From the NCBI GenBank assembly GCA_021202835.1, contig JAJQCI010000255.1, forward strand, positions 2,185-35,410: a DNA stretch of 33,226 bases. The letters are read 5' to 3'. The DNA is from Clostridiales bacterium. Its GTDB lineage: Bacteria; Bacillota; Clostridia; Lachnospirales; CAG-274. Each line of letters starts with the position of its first letter. Within the stretch, counting starts at the first letter, position 1. The notes under the pieces are model-generated. The model had not been told where the DNA came from, searched no databases, and saw only the letters and a list, made by a program, of their open reading frames with translations. Made by a program: the position numbers and the translations under genes. Of this stretch, positions 8,201 through 14,168 are shown one piece after another.

Positions 8201-10516
8201 ATAAACCACTCAACCTTTGTGGGCCTTGAAAACTGTTATAATTACGGAACAGTAGAAGCAGACGATACAACCTACTGCGGAGCTATTGTAGGCTGGCTGA
8301 GAAATTCAAATGATGTTTTATCAAATAACTACTGGCTTGAAACCTCGGCCACAAAGGCCTACGGCGCAAACGACAAGAATCGTACCGCACCCGACTCAAG
8401 CACGGCAGACGACTTCGCAGGAGGCAAGATTGCTTATCTGTTAAACGGAAGCACAAGCGGCGGAACAACATGGTATCAGAACATAGACAACAGTGAAACA
8501 GCCGACGGCTATCCTCTTCTCGACAGCTCCCACGGCACGGTTTACTATGTTGCCGAAGTTGTATACTGCCCGGACTGTACTGAAGCAGGCTATAGCAATA
8601 CGGAAACAGATTATATAGTAAGAGGAAGCGAAACAGACCACAGCTATTCGGGCGGTGTATGTGAATACTGCGGCGCTGCAGATTCAAGCTTACTTGCAAC
8701 AGACAGCGAAGGCAGATATATAATACCCGATGCACCTACACTTGCGGCCTTTGCCACAACAGTAAATTCAGGCTCAACAGGTATAAGCGGTATCGTAACC
8801 GCTGATATCGACTTCACAGGCTATTCTGTTATGATAGGCTCGGAAAGCAAACCCTACGCCGGAACCTTTGACGGCGGCGGATATACAATAACCCTTGGCT
8901 ATAACATAACCTCGGGCACAAGCAATATAGGCCTGTTCTCATATATAAACGGCGGAACGGTTAAAAACTTTAACCTTGAGGGATATATAGACTTTACAAA
9001 TGCGCCCAAGGGCGATCAGAGCGACGGCGGCTATACAAAGGTAGGAAGCGTTACGGGATATTTGAGAAACGGATCGATTTCAAATATTGTTTCCAGCGTA
9101 GATATTACGTCCTCCAAAACCTATCCCCTTCACCTTACCGGCGGTATCGCAGGCGATCTCTATGAAGAAGCAAGAATTGACAAGTGTATATACAAGGGTA
9201 ATCTGACAGCATATAACTCATATGACGCTTTGGGCGGAATTGCAGGATATGTAAGACGTGCCGGTATTACAAACTCGGCGAATTTAGGCACTCTTTACGC
9301 CACAGCAGGTACTTATGCACCTTATATGGGCGGTATATTCGGCTATGTAAACAGCACAGCCTTCTACGGCATGGAAAACTGTTATAACTACGGAGACGTT
9401 TTGGCATACAATTCAGACGGAACCGCAAAGGCCGAAACCTACTGCGGAGCCATTGCAGGATATATTAAGAGCTGCTCCCTTTATATAACAGACAACTATT
9501 GGCTTGACACCTCGGCATCAAAGGCCTTCGGAACAAACGGCTCAAACAATATTGCCCCCGAATCAAGCACGGCGGCTCAGTTTGAAAGCGGCGAAATAGC
9601 TTATCTCTTAAATGAAAGCGTAAGCGGCGGCACAACATGGTATCAGACAATAGGCACCGACAGCTATCCTCTTCTTGACAGCTCTCACAGTTTGGTTTAT
9701 ATCACAGCCACTGTATACTGCCCCGATTCAAAAGACATAAGCGGCTATAACAATTCGGCGGACGAAATAACAGTTGTCGGCAGTGAGACAGAACACAGTT
9801 ACAACGACAACGGCGTATGTATTTACTGTCACTCTGTTAAGGCGGAAGAGCCTTCCACAGCGTCTGACGGCTATTATGAAATAGAAAATGCGGCTCAGCT
9901 TTACTGGCTTGCGGAACAGGTTAACCAATATGCCAATGAGGATAAGTCTTCAAGCGATACACAGAACTATTACTTTGTAAGGCTTGTTAATGACATAGAC
10001 TTAGACGGCATAGACTGGACGCCTATAGGATATACAGAATATAAAAACGGATATAACTATTATTATGCATATTCCTTCATAGGTATATTTGACGGAAACG
10101 GCCACGTAATTAAAAACATGACAGTCAACACGGGAACCTACGGCTATGCGGGACTTTTCGGAAGTGTAGTATATTCAGGTTCGACCATTAAGAATCTGGG
10201 TGTTGTTGATTCCACAGTATACGGCGGCGGAAACAATATCGGCGGTATTGTAGGCAGACTGGGCGACTCCACTTCAATGACAAACTGTTACTTTACCGGA
10301 ACGGCAGAGGGCTACAAATATGTAGGCGGCTTAACAGGCTGGTCAAGCGCCGCAATTACAAACTGCTGGGCAAGCGCAGACGTAACAGGCTCAGTATCAC
10401 CTGTTTATGCACTTATAGGAACGGATTCAAGCTCTGTAAGCGTTACAAACTGCTATTATGACAGCTCAAAGACAAGTGCTGCAGACAGCAAGAGCCACAG
10501 CCTGCACAGCGGCTGA
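2252..10516 (+). CDS. Main body of the giant repeat protein (ORF-track segment; the frame is actually open from 1922)
   Basis: 2754-aa ORF. The N-terminal head carries ITISGGTVTA..GAGIGGG repeats. Seven super-repeats follow, with GLUG-like motifs (NVGGVVGY, SAGGIVGR, CVGGIVGY, YLGGIIGY, YCGAIVGW) and the DIDF/DIDL..FDGGGH(T/Y)I entry motif typical of GLUG-domain surface proteins. Confidence 0.9.
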   Translation: MTLIISGSVNLASTAENYAAISKGTSNTLKITSIDGDGATTGSLTATGGKNAAAIGGDYNKPGNNITIAGGTITAEGSGSGAGIGGGIYQGGSNITITGGDVAALSSDMGAGIGGGQASDGTSAGSDITISGGIVSASSSSGAGIGGGYSSKGASTGSNIVISGGTVTAKSSNGAGIGSGGNSNTEESCSSSASGITISGGTVTATSESGAGIGGGYTVSGTTAASNIVIYKSSVKASSTSGSSIGAQPVNSSGENVYLYEFTNTTKGEAIIVDGETVIDSVVYHSSSDTSQYIYLPKDSATAVYGGSYYTLSYSEEDGTATFTKTEIDSMEIPNAAALSAFAKMVNNGSTSLKGTVTADIDFSGYSDMIGSESTPYAGVFDGGGHTITVDYDISSGTRNSGLFSYADGGTVQDLTVDGSMDFSGDSGYTNVGGVVGYMNNGTISNVVSKVNITNTADCPFASAGGIVGRLYDSSTVEGCVYEGSLTAYNSWDCVGGIVGYTRQYCTIKNCANFGTLYATTGTNSSNETVAPYLGGIIGYINSSYFSGMEGCYNYGSVSADDTTYCGAIVGWLRNSSDNLTNNCWLNTSAEKAYGANDNSRTEPDSNTADEFAGGKVTYLLNGSTDGGTSWYQNLDNGETADSYPVLSSDHGTVNEVCYIYCPDCIVVFYSNTESGTTVKGSETNHTYENSVCIYCGNMEGELNTDSEGRYIIHDAATLSSFAAAVNSGSTSINGIVTADIDFTARNYMIGSSTYPYAGTFDGGGHTIKVDYDISSGTENIGLFSYIDGGTVQNLTVEGSMDFSGGSDYTNVGGVVGYMNNGTISNVASSVNITNTADYPLHSAGGIVGRLYDSSTVDKCVYEGSLTAYKSWDCVGGIVGYTYTNCTITNCANLGTLYATTGTNSDGDSVAPYLGGIIGYINSAYFSGMENCYNYGSVSADDTTYCGAIVGWLRNSKSVLSNNYWLETSAEKAYGSNTSQYTVTVPDSSTADEFESGEIAYLLNGSTSGGTTWYQTLSSDSYPVLDSAHGMVYMEATVYCPDCYDITGYNNTAEVLTAAEGGSVDEHTYENHTCIYCGAIETAEPAKASDGYYEIYTVPELYWLANAVNSYSETPASDSITNDTYYVRLMADIDLDGLEWTPIGFTSTNNGAALYSQYSYIGTFDGNGHVIKNMYVNGYGKNYVGFFGSIRDGDIKNLGIVDSCVTNAGGKVGGIAGSLYGAMTNCYYTGKAEGGEFVAGLIGYPSTDAVIKYCYARASVSSDSSYCGALFTTIISGMSISNCYYDNSLVSKSGGYGTGCSSEDFESGRVAYLLNGKTSGGTTWYQNLDNGEPVDSQPVLSSSHGTVYYFSNYYYCPDYKVSLYTNDGSSSGNSESHTYDDDGICVYCGGAEDGVFETDEGRVVIPDAETLYKFAKTVNYGSTALNAIVTADIDFSSYSAMIGSEDHPYAGTFDGGGYEITVGYDVSSGTENIGLFSYVDGGTVQNLNVSGSMTFSGGGADGDGYSNVGGVVGYLTSGTISDVTSSVNITASAEYPLHSAGGIVGRLYQTSNVKNCIYCGKLTAYGSWDALGGIAGYTYQYCSIKNCANLGTLYATKGTNAPYLGGILGYVNNTDFYGIQNCYNYGSVSADSTTYCGAIVGWLRGASTNISNNYWLDSSATKAFGTNGTSNTAPSANTADEFESGEVTYLLNENSSGSTSWYQNIDNGETADSYPVLDTAHGLVYYIAGYYYCPDCQDEYYSNDENAAGNTESHTYKNSVCIYCGAVDSSEFTTDESDRIIIPDAETLYKFASTVNAGETALNAIVTADINFSDYTVMIGSSSYPYTGTFDGGGYTITVGYNLTSAANNIGLFSYINGGTAQNLNVEGTMDFSGGSYENVGGVIGYMNNGTISNVVSGVDITGPTGYSLGSAAGIVGRLYDKSTVDKCIYTGKFTATDSNDCLGGIVGYTRQSCSITNCANLGTLYATTKGSTAPYLGGIIGYINHSTFVGLENCYNYGTVEADDTTYCGAIVGWLRNSNDVLSNNYWLETSATKAYGANDKNRTAPDSSTADDFAGGKIAYLLNGSTSGGTTWYQNIDNSETADGYPLLDSSHGTVYYVAEVVYCPDCTEAGYSNTETDYIVRGSETDHSYSGGVCEYCGAADSSLLATDSEGRYIIPDAPTLAAFATTVNSGSTGISGIVTADIDFTGYSVMIGSESKPYAGTFDGGGYTITLGYNITSGTSNIGLFSYINGGTVKNFNLEGYIDFTNAPKGDQSDGGYTKVGSVTGYLRNGSISNIVSSVDITSSKTYPLHLTGGIAGDLYEEARIDKCIYKGNLTAYNSYDALGGIAGYVRRAGITNSANLGTLYATAGTYAPYMGGIFGYVNSTAFYGMENCYNYGDVLAYNSDGTAKAETYCGAIAGYIKSCSLYITDNYWLDTSASKAFGTNGSNNIAPESSTAAQFESGEIAYLLNESVSGGTTWYQTIGTDSYPLLDSSHSLVYITATVYCPDSKDISGYNNSADEITVVGSETEHSYNDNGVCIYCHSVKAEEPSTASDGYYEIENAAQLYWLAEQVNQYANEDKSSSDTQNYYFVRLVNDIDLDGIDWTPIGYTEYKNGYNYYYAYSFIGIFDGNGHVIKNMTVNTGTYGYAGLFGSVVYSGSTIKNLGVVDSTVYGGGNNIGGIVGRLGDSTSMTNCYFTGTAEGYKYVGGLTGWSSAAITNCWASADVTGSVSPVYALIGTDSSSVSVTNCYYDSSKTSAADSKSHSLHSG
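2396..2990 (+). repeat. About seven tandem G-rich ~28-35-aa coding repeats (beta-helix-like head)
   Basis: The unit (S/N)(N/D)ITI(S/T/A)GG(T/I/D)V(T/S/A)A.S..GAGIGGG recurs; the last copy is degenerate (SGSSIGAQP). Confidence 0.8.
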
Positions 10517-10640
10517 GTTCGAAAGCGGAAGCGTAACATGGCGCTTAAACGGAAGTGCAGAGGGAACCACATGGGTTCAGACACTGGGAACCGACAGCTA
10601 TCCCTCATTTGCGGCGTCAGACTCCGACAGGGCAAAGGTT
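3242..10640 (+). repeat. Seven coding super-repeats in the order A1-A2-B1-A3-A4-A5-B2
   Basis: Anchor-based boundaries are A1 3242-4381, A2 4382-5524, B1 5525-6457, A3 6458-7588, A4 7589-8716, A5 8717-9871 and B2 9872-~10640. Nucleotides 3541-3593 are identical to 4681-4733, a 53-nt perfect match at offset 1140. Confidence 0.85.
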
Positions 10641-11042
10641 GCTGAGATGACGAAGAACGGCAGTGCGGTTTATGCAAACGTTGTTTCGGAAGGCGTAGCT
10701 TTAAGCACAAGCGGCTCCGAGCTTCTGGGAATTATAATAGACACAGCTGTTTTCGGCGGAGACGGCGGCGAATATCTTAACGACGTCGGCGTTGTTATAG
10801 AAGGCACACTCTATCAGCTTGAAAACTACTATTATATTGACAGTGACGGAAATTATTCGGCATCAGCCACAGACGAGGCGTTCTTCCCCGTTGCAAGAGA
10901 TTCGTCAAGCAGCAGCGACAGCGTATCGGCAAGAGGAGAAGCCACAACATCGACGACAAACACAGCCGATGACGGTCTGCTCTATTTTGTAACCGAAGTG
11001 ACAGCGGGGCTTACTGTAAAAGAAGCCGCAGAAACAGAATAA
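10458..11042 (+). CDS. C-terminal fragment of the giant repeat protein in a shifted frame
   Basis: Residues TAAEFESGSVTWRLNGSAEGTTWVQTLGTDSYPSF are homologous to the motif that ends every upstream repeat (TADEFESGEIAYLLNGSTSGGTTWYQTLSSDSYPVL). The listed Met start is therefore an artefact of the frameshift. Confidence 0.7.
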   Translation: MTAQRQVLQTARATACTAAEFESGSVTWRLNGSAEGTTWVQTLGTDSYPSFAASDSDRAKVAEMTKNGSAVYANVVSEGVALSTSGSELLGIIIDTAVFGGDGGEYLNDVGVVIEGTLYQLENYYYIDSDGNYSASATDEAFFPVARDSSSSSDSVSARGEATTSTTNTADDGLLYFVTEVTAGLTVKEAAETE

Positions 11043-11057
11043 AGGAGGTCTTTCTGA

Positions 11058-11207
11058 ATGAAAAAAATATACATATCACCTAAAATCGAGATAACAAAAA
11101 TAAATTCGGAAGACCCGACGGCGGCTTTTGCAGCAGGAAACCACAATTCACTGGCTATGGTTAAAGCCAAGGATGTCAGTTCGGCAGCAAATATAATAAA
11201 CTATTAA
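11058..11207 (+). CDS. Unlisted small ORF, 49 aa (MKKIYISPKIEITKINSEDPTAAFAAGNHNSLAMVKAKDVSSAANIINY)
   Basis: Below the 60-aa cutoff of the ORF track. The SD AAAGGAGG (11041-11048) lies 9 nt before ATG 11058. The ORF stops at TAA 11205-11207 and a terminator follows at 11259-11286. Confidence 0.5.
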   Translation: MKKIYISPKIEITKINSEDPTAAFAAGNHNSLAMVKAKDVSSAANIINY

Positions 11208-11258
11208 TCCGGTTTTTTCCCCTTTCATATATTATAAGACGGAGCGGAGACGGCGCTT

Positions 11259-11286
11259 AAGAGCCGCTTCCGCTTTGCTCTTTTTT
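11259..11286 (+). terminator. Rho-independent terminator closing the giant-protein operon
   Basis: AAGAGC-cgcttccgcttt-GCTCTTTTTT (stem 11259-11264/11277-11282, T-run to 11286). Confidence 0.65.
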
Positions 11287-11330
11287 ATGACTGTCTTTTA
11301 AAGAGGGCAGTGTTTCTTAAAAAGTTGTGA

Positions 11331-11359
11331 TTGACAGTGGTTGTTTTGTATGATAATAT
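11331..11359 (+). promoter_or_regulatory. Strong sigma-A-type promoter with extended -10
   Basis: -35 TTGACA (11331-11336), 17-nt spacer, and TGa immediately before the -10 TAATAT (11354-11359). Confidence 0.6.
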
Positions 11360-11377
11360 AAAAACAGAGATTATTCG

Positions 11378-11414
11378 GAAATAACCGTATTATTTGGATA
11401 ATAACGGTTATTTC
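11378..11414 (+). promoter_or_regulatory. 16-bp leader hairpin between the promoter and the rnhA SD
   Basis: GAAATAACCGTATTAT-ttgg-ATAATA(A)CGGTTATTTC with one bulged A, followed by TTTGTATAT and then the SD AAGGAG at 11424-11429. Confidence 0.5.
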
Positions 11415-11434
11415 TTTGTATATAAGGAGAATTT

Positions 11435-11896
11435 ATGAAAAAGGTTAATGTATATACTGACGGAGCCTGTTCGGGAAATCCCGGCAAGGGCGGAGCAGGG
11501 GCCCTGCTTATGTATAATGACTTTAAGAAAGAGCTTTCCGAGGGTTTTTTGAAAACCACAAACAACAGAATGGAGATTTATGCCGTTATTATGGCCCTCA
11601 GAATTTTAAAGGAGCCCTGTGAGGTTATGCTTTACAGCGATTCACGGTATGTTGTTGATGCAATAAACAAGGGCTGGGTTTTGAAGTGGAAGAAAAACGG
11701 CTGGATGAGAACGAAAACAGACAAGGCGCTGAATGTTGACCTTTGGGAGGAGCTTTTGAAGCTTCTGGACATTCACAAGGTTAAGTTTAACTGGGTAAAG
11801 GGTCACGCCTCAAACCCCTATAACAACAGGTGCGACGAGCTTGCTACCGGGGCAATAAAGGGGAACGGCCTTAAAGAGGATAAAAATTACAAATGA
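11435..11896 (+). CDS. rnhA: Ribonuclease HI
   Basis: VYTDGACSGNPGKGGAGA...TNNRMEIYAVIMAL...YSDSRYVVDAI..GW...WKKNGW...NVDLWEEL...WVKGHASNPYNNRCDELA matches the RNase H type 1 catalytic pattern (D, E, D, D). Confidence 0.9.
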   Translation: MKKVNVYTDGACSGNPGKGGAGALLMYNDFKKELSEGFLKTTNNRMEIYAVIMALRILKEPCEVMLYSDSRYVVDAINKGWVLKWKKNGWMRTKTDKALNVDLWEELLKLLDIHKVKFNWVKGHASNPYNNRCDELATGAIKGNGLKEDKNYK

Positions 11897-13110
11897 GAAG
11901 AGTTATTGTTATAGGGGGCGGAGCCTCGGGGATGCTTGCGGCAGGGGTCGCCGCCAAAGAGGGGAAGGAAGTTATACTTCTGGAAAAAAACAACAGGCTT
12001 GGCAAAAAGCTTTATATAACCGGAAAGGGCAGGTGTAACCTTACGAATTTTTCCGACGCAGAAAATCTTATTAAAAACACTGTTTCAAACCCTTATTTTT
12101 TATATTCGGCCTTTTATACCTTCGGAAGTGAGGATATTATGAAGCTGGTTGAGGATATGGGGGTTAAGCTTAAGGTTGAAAGAGGAAACAGGGTTTTCCC
12201 GAAATCAGACAAGTCATCGGATGTTATAAAGGCACTTTCAAGGTTTATGAATATAAACGGCGTCAAGGTTGTTTTAAACTGCCGAGTTAAAGGCTTTAAG
12301 GCCGAGGGCGGCGAAATCAGGGGGCTTATTACCTCAAAGGGAGAATTTGCCGCCGATTCATATATTTTGGCGACGGGAGGCTTTTCATATCCCTCCACAG
12401 GCTCAGAAGGGGAGGGCCACGGCTTTGCTTCAGCTCTGGGCCACAGTGTTACAAAGGTTTATCCCTCTCTTGTGGGGCTTAAGGCCGACGGCTTTTGCCG
12501 TGATTTGGCAGGGCTTACTCTTAAAAATATAGGAATAAAGGCCTGTGCCGGCGGCAAAAAGGTTTATGAAGACTTCGGCGAGCTTTTGTTTACCCATACG
12601 GGAGTCAGCGGACCGGTAATTTTGTCGGCAAGCCGTTATCTTACAAAGGAAATTAAAAACAAGCCCGAAATATATATAGATTTTAAGCCTGCACTTAGCG
12701 AAAGCGAGCTTAACAAGCGAATTCTCAGGGATTTCGAAGAGTTTAAAAACCGGGAGTTTAAAAATTCTCTCGATAAGCTTCTTCCTAAGGCGGTTATTCC
12801 CGTTGTTGTTAAAAAAACAGGCATAGACGAAAATAAACAGGTGAACTCGGTCAGCAGAGAGGAAAGAATCAGGCTTATAAAGGTTCTTAAAGAATTTAAG
12901 CTTAACATAACCGGTACGGAGGGCTTTAATCAGGCTGTCATAACCTGCGGAGGGGTTGATGTGAGAGAGATTGACCCTTCCACCATGAAATCAAAAATTA
13001 TTAATAACCTTTTGTTTGCAGGGGAAATTATAGATGTGGATGCCCTTACAGGGGGCTATAACCTTCAAATTGCCTTTTCAACAGGCTGTCTTGCCGGAAT
13101 AAATTCATAA
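11893..13110 (+). CDS. HI0933/BaiN-like NAD(P)/FAD-dependent flavoprotein
   Basis: N-terminal Rossmann motif VIVIGGGASGMLAAG. The central LATGGFSYPSTGSEGEGH and the C-terminal GGV...FAGEIIDVDALTGGYNLQIAFSTG are typical of this family. Its ATGA start overlaps the rnhA stop. Confidence 0.85.
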   Translation: MRRVIVIGGGASGMLAAGVAAKEGKEVILLEKNNRLGKKLYITGKGRCNLTNFSDAENLIKNTVSNPYFLYSAFYTFGSEDIMKLVEDMGVKLKVERGNRVFPKSDKSSDVIKALSRFMNINGVKVVLNCRVKGFKAEGGEIRGLITSKGEFAADSYILATGGFSYPSTGSEGEGHGFASALGHSVTKVYPSLVGLKADGFCRDLAGLTLKNIGIKACAGGKKVYEDFGELLFTHTGVSGPVILSASRYLTKEIKNKPEIYIDFKPALSESELNKRILRDFEEFKNREFKNSLDKLLPKAVIPVVVKKTGIDENKQVNSVSREERIRLIKVLKEFKLNITGTEGFNQAVITCGGVDVREIDPSTMKSKIINNLLFAGEIIDVDALTGGYNLQIAFSTGCLAGINS

Positions 13111-13123
13111 AGGAGAGAAAATT

Positions 13124-14164
13124 ATGTCAATTAGAGCAGTCAGAGGAGCAACAACCGTAAAAGAAAACACAAAAGAGGCCATTCTTTTTGAAACGGGCTA
13201 TCTTTTAAAGGAAATAATGGAAAAAAACTCTCTTAAAAATGAGGATGTTATAAGCATAATGTTTACCGCAACGGATGACTTAAACACAGCCTATCCTGCT
13301 GCGGCGGCAAGGAAAATAGGCATAACAAACGCCGGTCTTTTAGACTACCCCGAGCTTAAGGTTGCGGGCGGACTTAAAATGTGTATAAGAGTTCTTATGC
13401 TTACGGAGGCCATTGTTCCCCAAAGCGAAATTAAGCATGTTTACTTAAACGGAGCAAGAGTTTTGAGAACGGATTTACTGAGGGACGAAAACAGGGTTGC
13501 GGTTGCTCTTGACGGGCCTGCCGGGTCGGGCAAGAGTACTATTGCAAAGCTTGTAGCCAAGGAGCTGGGCTTTACCTATATCGACACGGGAGCAATGTAC
13601 AGAAGTGTTGCTTTTTACTGCATAGACAAAGACATAGACTATAACAATGAGCTTGAGGTTATAAGCCGTCTTGACGATATAAGCATAACAATATTATCTA
13701 CAAAGAAGGAACAGAGATATCTCTTAAACGGCGACGATGTAACAGACCTGCTTCGTTCTCCCGAGGTTTCGGAAGGGGCTTCGAAGGTGGCGTCATATAA
13801 GGCGGTAAGAGAGAAGCTTGTTGCCATTCAGAGGGAATGTGCCTCGAAGCAAAGCGTTATTATGGACGGAAGAGACATAGGCACCAATGTTTTGCCTAAT
13901 GCCGAAGTAAAGGTATTTATGGACGGCAACGTTGAGGAAAGGGCAAAAAGACGTTTTGAAGAGCTGGAGCTTAAGGGCATAACAACCACATATGAGGAAA
14001 TTCTGGAGGATATCAAAAAGAGAGACTACAACGACAGCCACAGAGAATATAACCCCTTAAGGCGTGCCGAGGACGCAGTTCTGCTTGACACCACATATAT
14101 GTCAATAGAGGAAGTTAAGGACTATATAGTAGAAGAAATAAAAAAATATTTGAAAGAGGAATAA
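13124..14164 (+). CDS. cmk: Fusion protein: AroH-class chorismate mutase (aa ~1-120) and cytidylate kinase (aa ~125-346)
   Basis: The N-terminus IRAVRGATTV..NT.EAIL..T..LL..I...N....EDVISIMFTATDDL...YPA.A.R..G....GL.....L.V.GGL..CIRVLM......PQSEIKHVYL aligns with B. subtilis AroH as I recall it. The continuation ALDGPAGSGKSTIAKLVAKELGFTYIDTGAMYR is the Cmk P-loop region. Confidence 0.85.
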   Translation: MSIRAVRGATTVKENTKEAILFETGYLLKEIMEKNSLKNEDVISIMFTATDDLNTAYPAAAARKIGITNAGLLDYPELKVAGGLKMCIRVLMLTEAIVPQSEIKHVYLNGARVLRTDLLRDENRVAVALDGPAGSGKSTIAKLVAKELGFTYIDTGAMYRSVAFYCIDKDIDYNNELEVISRLDDISITILSTKKEQRYLLNGDDVTDLLRSPEVSEGASKVASYKAVREKLVAIQRECASKQSVIMDGRDIGTNVLPNAEVKVFMDGNVEERAKRRFEELELKGITTTYEEILEDIKKRDYNDSHREYNPLRRAEDAVLLDTTYMSIEEVKDYIVEEIKKYLKEE

Positions 14165-14168
14165 AGGC

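Larger units (their letters stand above)
1905..11042 (+). pseudogene. Reconstructed full-length giant secreted GLUG/beta-helix repeat protein gene (~3045 codons), interrupted by two frameshifts as written
   Basis: TTG 1905 (SD GAAGGGA at 1892-1898) opens a classic signal peptide, MEFSFKRNIVKRLVSLISAAAVMASGG, which stops at TGA 1998-2000. The main frame is open from 1922 and has no signal peptide of its own. The frames rejoin if the G8 tract at 1979-1986 gains 1 G or loses 2 G. At the 3' end the repeat motif TAAEFESGSVTWRLNGSAEGTTWVQTLGTDSYP continues in the frame of ORF 10458..11042. Confidence 0.65.

Noticed and set aside
2327-9928. Numerous 60-150-aa minus-strand and alternative plus-frame ORFs inside the giant gene (for example 5109..5489-, 6072..6497-, 8283..8735-, 4864..5052+, 7009..7221+).
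   Set aside because: Their products are low-complexity R/C/L/S-rich strings that recur with the ~1.13-kb period of the coding repeats, so they are frame shadows of the + strand gene. None has an SD sequence.
10470-10516. Programmed ribosomal frameshifting at the 3' lesion of the giant gene.
   Set aside because: There is no slippery heptamer, no SD-like stimulator and no obvious downstream structure. A simple indel is more parsimonious.
3242-10640. Periodic repeats as a CRISPR array or other non-coding tandem repeat.
   Set aside because: The period is ~1.13 kb, the whole region is one open reading frame, and the repeats diverge mainly at synonymous or conservative positions. No short direct-repeat/spacer structure exists anywhere in the window.
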